Source of the DNA: Octopus sinensis
Taxonomy: Eukaryota
NCBI RefSeq assembly: GCF_006345805.1
Contig: NW_021827025.1
Location: 1 to 8,053 of the forward strand
Direction: 5' to 3'
DNA: 8,053 bases
Made by a program: the position numbers and the translations under genes. Shown here piece after piece: positions 1 through 5,370 of the stretch (positions within the stretch are counted from its first letter, which is position 1; every line of letters starts with the position of its first letter). Below the pieces are notes generated by a model. It was not told the DNA's origin. It worked only from the letters and a program-made list of their open reading frames with translations, and ran no database searches.

Positions 1-168
1 ATACGACGGGCTTCTTCAGTTTCCGTCTACCAAATCCACTGACAAGGCTTTGGTCGGCGGCCCTAGGCTATAGTAGAAGACACTTGCCCAAGGTGCCACG
101 CAGTGGGACTGAAACCCGGAACCATGTGTTGGTAAACAAGCTACTTACCACACAGCCACTCCTGCGCC
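1..168 (-). mobile_element. SINE family A (tRNA-derived, CORE-like), 5' half; the rest lies beyond the window start
   Basis: The reverse complement starts GGCGCAGGAGTGGCTGTGTGGTAAGTAGC and contains A-box-like TGGCTGTGTGG, B-box-like GGTTTCAGTCCC and CORE-like CCTTGGGCAAGTGTCTT. It is colinear with 4965-5130 and with the array unit at 5365 onward. Confidence 0.9.
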
Positions 169-239
169 TATATGAATAAATATTCGAAAATATTTGTATA
201 GATACTGTTATTAACTATTATCGTTAATATAACAATAAT

Positions 240-279
240 ATGGGTGGCCAACAAGCAAAATCCGATAAATGGCAAATCC
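240..279 (+). repeat. Hairpin element copy H0 (5' arm degenerate)
   Basis: GCAAAATCCGA-TAAATGGCAAATCC at 255-279 matches the loop and 3' arm of the hairpin at 1165-1200. The upstream ATGGGTGGCCAACAA resembles a decayed 5' arm. Confidence 0.6.
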
Positions 280-549
280 CGGGCAGGAGACGAACAAGAA
301 CACGTCTTCCTTGTTCCAGCTACAACGGAGAGAACGAAAGAAAGTTGGCCGATGGTCACGTGGGAGACACATGAGTAGGGGAGGAGGTGTGAGGGAGAGA
401 GAGTGACAGAGTAATAGTATAGAATACTGGGAGAAGAGGAGGTAAAAGAATAAGAGGAGAAAAACGAAGAGTAAAAAGATCGTATAGCGTGCGCATCAGA
501 ATTATTAAGATAAAACTTACTTGGAAGAGGATTCGTGGCGTTCAATCAT

Positions 550-621
550 ATAATAGTAATAATAATAATAAATAACAATATGTATGTATATACATACAAA
601 CATATACATATATATGTGTAT
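550..621. repeat. (AAT)n plus TA/CA/TG low-complexity microsatellite
   Basis: Directly visible simple repeats. Confidence 0.85.
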
Positions 622-952
622 GCGCATGTCTCATCAGTGATAGAGCGTCCACTTACGATCCTGAGGTTGTGAGTTCGATTCCCGTGACCGGGCTGCGTGT
701 TGTGTTCTTGAGCAAGACTCTTTATTTCACATTACTCCAGTTCACTCAGGATTAGAAATGAGTTACGACATCACTGATATCAAGCTGTAGTGGCCCCATT
801 GCCTTTCCATTGGAAAACATCAGAGGTGTGGAGAGGGAGGCCCGTATGGCTTGGCGACAGCTGGCCTTCCACAAACAACCCTTGCTGGATTTGTGCCTCG
901 GAGGGTAATTTTCAAGGTGCAATCCCATGGTCATTCATGACGAAGGGGGTCT
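622..952 (+). mobile_element. SINE family B (tRNA-derived head, CORE-like middle)
   Basis: Degenerate A-box-like region at about 627-645 (TGTCTCATCAGTGATAGAG), clear B box GTTCGATTCC at 673-682, then CORE-like TGTGTTCTTGAGCAAGAC...TCCAGTTCACTCAG, ending GAAGGGGGTCTC. It resembles a second octopus SINE from memory; the family name is not assigned. Confidence 0.75.
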
Positions 953-960
953 CCTCCTCC

Positions 961-1158
961 TAAATATATAGTTGAATTTACAGAAAAAATAGACGAAGAC
1001 TGGTGCATAAACAACAAACAGATTGTATTAGTTGACGTTCGGGTAGTGAGAAAATCTTTTACGTTTTGAGCCTACGCTCTTCAACAGAAAGGAACACAGA
1101 AAAAAACAGAGCGAAAATAATAAAAAAAAGGTTTAGTGGATAGCGATCAATCATGGCG
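961..1158 (-). mobile_element. ~200-bp repeat carrying a hammerhead-like motif (probable Penelope-like-element/retrozyme-derived fragment)
   Basis: The reverse complement aligns with 3056-3263 through shared blocks CGCCATG, CTTTCTGTTGAAGAGCGTAGGCTC, ACTAATACAAT and TTCGTCT. Confidence 0.6.
1055..1091 (-). ncRNA. Degenerate minimal type-I hammerhead-ribozyme-like motif (probably inactive)
   Basis: Minus strand reads CUUU-CUGUUGA-A-GAGC(GUAG)GCUC-AAAAC-GUA-AAAG(A): stem I CUUU/AAAG, stem II GAGC/GCUC, palindromic ACGU stem III, GUA site. The core deviates at A6 (U) and G12 (A). Confidence 0.5.
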
Positions 1159-1161
1159 AAT

Positions 1162-1200
1162 ATGGATTTGCCATTTAGCAAAGCCGATAAATGGCAAATC
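1162..1200 (+). repeat. Hairpin element copy H1 (perfect 13-bp stem)
   Basis: GATTTGCCATTTA (1165-1177) is the exact reverse complement of TAAATGGCAAATC (1188-1200), with the 10-nt loop GCAAAGCCGA. Confidence 0.9.
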
Positions 1201-1217
1201 TCTCACTCTATATATAT

Positions 1218-1260
1218 ATGGATTTACCATTTAGCAAAGGCCCATAAATGTCAAATCCAT
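1218..1260 (+). repeat. Hairpin element copy H2
   Basis: ATGGATTTACCATTTA-GCAAAGGCCCA-TAAATGTCAAATCCAT, with (TA)n on both sides extending the stem. Confidence 0.85.
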
Positions 1261-1282
1261 ATATATATATAAATATGTACGT

Positions 1283-1402
1283 TTGTATGTATGTATGTAT
1301 GTATATTTATATATTGATTTGGTACTTGGCAAACGCTGTTGAATGACATATATGTATGTTGTATGTATGTATGTATGTATGTATGTATGTATGTATGTAT
1401 AT
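1283..1402. repeat. Interrupted (TATG)n microsatellites
   Basis: Directly visible tetranucleotide repeats separated by a short unique stretch. Confidence 0.9.
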
Positions 1403-1914
1403 AGTGCACGATGCCTTCCTTATTCACGCACACACACGTCCATTTCATATACACGTACGTATATCTTTCACTTCTCCTTTCTCCCCTCTTCACTTTAAAA
1501 CAAAAGTAAATAAATAAAAACAAATTTACGAAAATTAACGAACTCCGGATGATGAAACCACATTCAGTAAGAAATATTTCTAAAAGATTAAAATATTGTG
1601 TACGTCAAAACGTCAACGGACTTTTTTTCTTCGAGAGCGTGAAGACACTGTGTGTGTATATGTCACAGATAGTGAGCGTGTGTTTGTGTTGAATAAAACG
1701 CCATGACATTCATTATATATGTGTGTATGTTCATTGACATCATAGAAGCCATTCCGTTTAATCGTTTAAATAGCGGTCCAAATGTCACAAAGCTCTGAAC
1801 CGCACTGCAGAAAATAAGTATGAAAATAATATGTAACAAAAATTAGAATAAATATACTATTTCTTGCTATTTCAGTTACACACCAACATCCCTAGAGTTT
1901 TAGTATTGTCAAAG

Positions 1915-2054
1915 ATATATCTATATATATATATATATATATATATAAATATATTATACATCAATCATACATACATACATACATACATACATACTATATA
2001 TTATATATTTATATATATATATATACATACATACTTACTTACATATATATATAT
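1915..2054. repeat. (TA)n/(CATA)n compound microsatellite
   Basis: Directly visible. Confidence 0.9.
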
Positions 2055-2100
2055 ATGGACTTGCCAATGCCATTTAGCAAAAGTCGATAAATGGCAAATC
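2055..2100 (+). repeat. Hairpin element copy H3
   Basis: ATGGACTTGCCAATGCCATTTA-GCAAAAGTCGA-TAAATGGCAAATC, with a 6-nt internal duplication in the 5' arm. It is followed by TCTC, as H1 is. Confidence 0.85.
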
Positions 2101-2141
2101 TCTCTCCCACCCCACCCCACCCCCATATGTATGTATTTATA

Positions 2142-2179
2142 GGATTTGCAATTAGCAAAGCCAATAAATAGAAATCCAT
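2142..2179 (+). repeat. Hairpin element copy H4 (degenerate)
   Basis: GGATTTGCAATTA-GCAAAGCCAA-TAAATAGAAATCCAT. Confidence 0.75.
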
Positions 2180-2202
2180 ATATATGTATGTATATATATA
2201 TA

Positions 2203-2249
<47 letters not shown>

Positions 2250-2332
2250 GTATTATGTAATATATAATATATATATATATTATATGCATATATATATATA
2301 TATTATATATTTATATATAATATACATATACA
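2180..2332. repeat. (TA)n-rich microsatellite
   Basis: Directly visible. Confidence 0.9.
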
Positions 2333-3055
2333 TTTGACGGGCGATTCTTTCTTGTCTTGGGATTGACGGTCAAACGGCTGGGTGGAATTGCACGAAAAAT
2401 TACACAGATGTGTAGAATGATCCGATGGTGTTACTGGGCTTTGTATTTTTTCATAGCTCCCATGGTTACCGAGATAATCTACTATAATAATACTCTTGTG
2501 TTTATGAATGAGAAAGGAATGGGGAAGGAAGGGGGTGATGTCATACTTGGTAGTGGGATGATGAAAATTGTACGCTGAAAAAATAAATCAAACAGCGTTT
2601 CAACTCTGTGTGAATATATATGTGTGTATATAAAATGGGGGTATGTGAATGTGTGTGTTTTTGCGCGTGTGTATGTTTGTGTCTGTGTGTGAGCGTGTGC
2701 GAGCGCAATCGAACTGAGATGGTTCATCTTTGTTCCCTTAGTATTTGGGTTTATTTTTTGAATTGATTGAATCTTGGTTGTTTTTTTTTTATTGGTCAGT
2801 TATTTTTTAGCGTTTTGACAGAAAAAAAGTCCCTCTAACATTATTTTTTAACGCAAGCGTGCCCAAACAAGTCGAATGCTTACACAGCAGGTTTTACAGC
2901 CACATCATCCAAGCCAACCGCGTGAAACCGAGCTTAGCTGCTAGCATATATATATATATTAGCTGGTCCCTCAACCCGTTTATCAACCCTATTATCTCCC
3001 CTTATTTCGCTCTCGCGTCTCATGTTTGATCTTTGACCTCTGGCCGAAATCAGAT

Positions 3056-3263
3056 CGCCATGTTGATTCGTTAGCTACTGCACGCATTTTTTTTCTCTCC
3101 TTCTTTCTGTGTTTTCTCTCTCTCTGATCTTTCTGTTGAAGAGCGTAGGCTCGAAACTTTAAAGACTTGTTTTATTTATATTTCCTGAGCGCCATACTAA
3201 TACAATTGTTCGTTTGTTTTCCACCTGCCTTCGTCTTTTGTTTATTTTATCAAAGCTTCCCGT
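3056..3263 (+). mobile_element. ~200-bp hammerhead-bearing repeat, diverged inverted relative of 961-1158
   Basis: Shares start CGCCATG, a T-rich linker, the 24-nt block CTTTCTGTTGAAGAGCGTAGGCTC, ACTAATACAAT and TTCGTCT with the reverse complement of 961-1158. Confidence 0.6.
3128..3165 (+). ncRNA. Degenerate minimal type-I hammerhead-ribozyme-like motif (probably inactive)
   Basis: UCUUU-CUGUUGA-A-GAGC(GUAG)GCUC-GAAAC-UUU-AAAGA: stem I UCUUU/AAAGA, stem II 4 bp, GAAA intact. The cleavage triplet is UUU instead of GUA, and A6 is U. Confidence 0.5.
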
Positions 3264-3294
3264 TATATATATATATATATATATATATAAATAT

Positions 3295-3337
3295 ATGGAT
3301 TTCCTATTTGGCAAAGGCCGATAAATAGTAAATCCAT
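3295..3337 (+). repeat. Hairpin element copy H5
   Basis: ATGGATTTCCTATTTG-GCAAAGGCCGA-TAAATAGTAAATCCAT, flanked by (TA)n. Confidence 0.85.
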
Positions 3338-3362
3338 ATATATAATTGGTGTATTTATCGAC

Positions 3363-3490
3363 AGACCGATAGATAAGCACTAATCTTTAGAAAACGTCCT
3401 GGGGGTCTATTCGTTTCGACTAAAACCTGCCATGGGATGCCCCAGCATGGCCACAGTAAAATTACTGAAGCAAATAGAAGTTAAAAGATA
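3363..3490 (+). mobile_element. Old, degenerate 3' fragment of SINE family A
   Basis: AGACCGATAG...GTCCTGGGG...CGACTAAA...CCAGCATGGCC.CAGT.AAAT.ACTGAA...AAAAGA aligns with the reverse complement of about 4715-4840. Confidence 0.75.
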
Positions 3491-3685
3491 CAAAAGGCAA
3501 AAAATAAAATAGAAATAAATGGAAAAATAAATCTCTACTTCTCCTGCTGATGTAATTGTAGTCTTTGTTGATTCCAGATGACCACCACCACTGGTCGTGA
3601 TTCAACTAATCAATACCCATTCCTCTTCAATAACATAACTCTTCGATCCAACATCGATTGCTTTTGTGGTTCTCTTTTCCTTGAT

Positions 3686-3870
3686 GTATGTGTGTGTATG
3701 TATGTATATATGTATGTATGTGTGTGTGTATGTCTGTATGTATGTGTGTACGTATGTATGTATGCATGTGTGTGTATGTATGTATGTATGTGTATGTATG
3801 TATGTGTGTATGTATGTGTGTATGTATGTATGTGTGTATGTATGTGTGTATTTCTGTATGTGTGTATGTA

Positions 3871-3901
<31 letters not shown>

Positions 3902-4366
3902 ATGTATGTGTGTATGTATGTATGTGTGTGTGTATGTATGTATGTATGTGTGTATGTATGTATGTGTGTGTGTATGTATGTATGTATGTATGTATGTATG
4001 TATGTATGTGTATGCATGTACGTGTGTATGTGTGTGTGTATGTATGCATGTATGTATGTATATATGTATGTATGTGTGTATGTATGTATGTATGTATGTA
4101 TGTATGTATGTATGTGTGTATGCATGCATGTATATATGTGTGTATGTATGTATGTATATATGTATGTATGTGTGTATGTATGTATGTATGTATGTATGTA
4201 TATATGTATGTATGTGTGTATGTATGTATGTATGTATGTATGTATGTATGTATGTATGTATGATTAGGTATGATGTGTGTATGTATGTATGTATGTATGT
4301 ATGTATGTATGTATGTGTGTATGCATGCATGTATATATGTGTGTATGTATGTGTGTATGTATGTAT
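3686..4366. repeat. ~680-bp compound (TATG)n/(TG)n microsatellite
   Basis: Directly visible. It is the source of all the V/C/M/Y-rich and H/T/Y/I-rich ORFs in the track. Confidence 0.97.
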
Positions 4367-4371
4367 AGGAA

Positions 4372-4440
4372 TTAAGTGGGTCGTCATAAACTGGTGTGAT
4401 AAATAGTGGGTCGCGGCTCTAAAAAGTTTGGGAACCACTG
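4372..4440. mobile_element. Solitary terminus of a hAT (Charlie-like) non-autonomous DNA transposon
   Basis: Ends GGGTCGCGGCTCTAAAAAGTTTGGGAACCACTG. The last 15 nt (4426-4440) are the reverse complement of CAGTGGTTCCCAAAC, a typical hAT-Charlie TIR. Subterminal GTGGGTCG occurs twice (4376, 4406). The other end was not found in the window. Confidence 0.6.
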
Positions 4441-4658
4441 TATGAGGCTATTTTAAAAGGGTTATTGTTCGATAAATATAAAGGATGTATAGATATGTAA
4501 GCCGAGGCGTATTCACATGAATTTATCTTTAGCGTGTTATCAGGAGATGTACTTCAGCAACATCGGCGATCTGATAGGCATGACTATCAGCGTGCTGACA
4601 GACATGCACTACATAACATCTCTCTCAGATCTTATATTGATCGTCCAGGCTGTCTCTC

Positions 4659-4686
4659 CTGTGAAATAAAATATATTAAGACGTAT
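4659..4686. repeat. Target-site duplication, left copy (28 bp)
   Basis: CTGTGAAATAAAATATATTAAGACGTAT, 27/28 identical to 5133-5160. Confidence 0.85.
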
Positions 4687-4711
4687 TATTATATATATAT
4701 ATATATATATA

Positions 4712-5130
4712 CTCTCTTCTTACTCTTTTACTTGTTTCAGTCATTTGACTGCGCGGCATGGCTGGAGCACCGCCTTTAGTCGAGCAAATCGGCCCCAGGA
4801 CTTTTCTTTGTAAGCCCAGTACTTATTCTATCGGTCTCTTTTGCCGAACGCTAAGTGACGGGGACGTAAACCACACCAGCATCGGTTGTCAAGCAATGCT
4901 AGGGGGTACAAACACAGACACACAAACATACACACACATACATACATATATATAAATACATATATACGACGGGCTTCTTTTCAGTTTCCGTCTACCAAAT
5001 CCACTCACAAGACATTGGTCGGCCTGAGGCTATAGCAGAAGACACTTGCCCAAGGTGCCACGCAGTGGGACTGAACCCGGAACCATGTGGTTGGTAAGAA
5101 AGCTACTTACCACACAGCCACTCCTGCGCC
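4712..5130 (-). mobile_element. Full-length SINE family A (~420 bp)
   Basis: On the minus strand: GGCGCAGGAG head with A/B boxes, CORE-like CCTTGGGCAAGTGTC, TA/TG linker, 3' body, and a short-repeat tail (AGTAAAAGAGTAAGAAGAGAG) followed by (TA)n. It is flanked by a 28-bp TSD. Confidence 0.93.
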
Positions 5131-5132
5131 TA

Positions 5133-5160
5133 CTGTGAAATAAAATATATAAAGACGTAT
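5133..5160. repeat. Target-site duplication, right copy (28 bp)
   Basis: CTGTGAAATAAAATATATAAAGACGTAT, one mismatch to 4659-4686. Confidence 0.85.
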
Positions 5161-5370
5161 ATATATACTAGCATATGGGGATTTCATTAACTGACAAGAC
5201 AATAGAGCATTTGTTTCTACATGTATCTATGAGATACTGGAGTTGCCTAATAATAATGATTTCTCGTAAATAATTGATGTACTCTCACTTGCCTCCCGAC
5301 ACAAACACATTCACTTCATTGAACACATAAATGTAAGGAAGATAACGTATGGGAGTGTATGTATGGCGCA

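Noticed and set aside
168-545. 125-aa minus-strand ORF
   Set aside because: It is Ser/Phe/Tyr-rich low-complexity sequence translated from a pyrimidine tract, with no recognisable domain.
1547-1800. C/D-box snoRNA (ATGATGA at about 1547; also at about 2559 with CTGA at 2575)
   Set aside because: The C-to-D spacing is too long in the first case and too short in the second, and there are no terminal stems.
2915-2990. Possible Helitron 3' end (CCGCGTGAAACCGAG...CTGCTAG at 2941-2944) and a mirror TATATTAGCTG
   Set aside because: The palindrome is too degenerate and no matching 5' end is visible, so it cannot be supported.
3305-3330. Resemblance of the hairpin loop (GGCAAAGGCCGATAAATAGTA) to the SINE A body (GGCAAAAGAGACCGATAGAATAAGTA)
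   Set aside because: The match is short, gapped and AT-rich, which is not enough to claim the hairpin derives from the SINE. It is worth rechecking with genome-wide consensus sequences.
240-3337. Hairpin repeats with unique intervening DNA as a CRISPR-like repeat-spacer array
   Set aside because: The context is eukaryotic, the intervals are irregular (about 20 to 1100 bp) and filled with SINEs and microsatellites, and there are no cas-like genes.
3578-4438. Long ORFs of 140-278 aa on both strands
   Set aside because: They are translations of the (TATG)n/(TG)n microsatellite (VCMY/HTYI repeats), which lacks stop codons; there is no protein signal.
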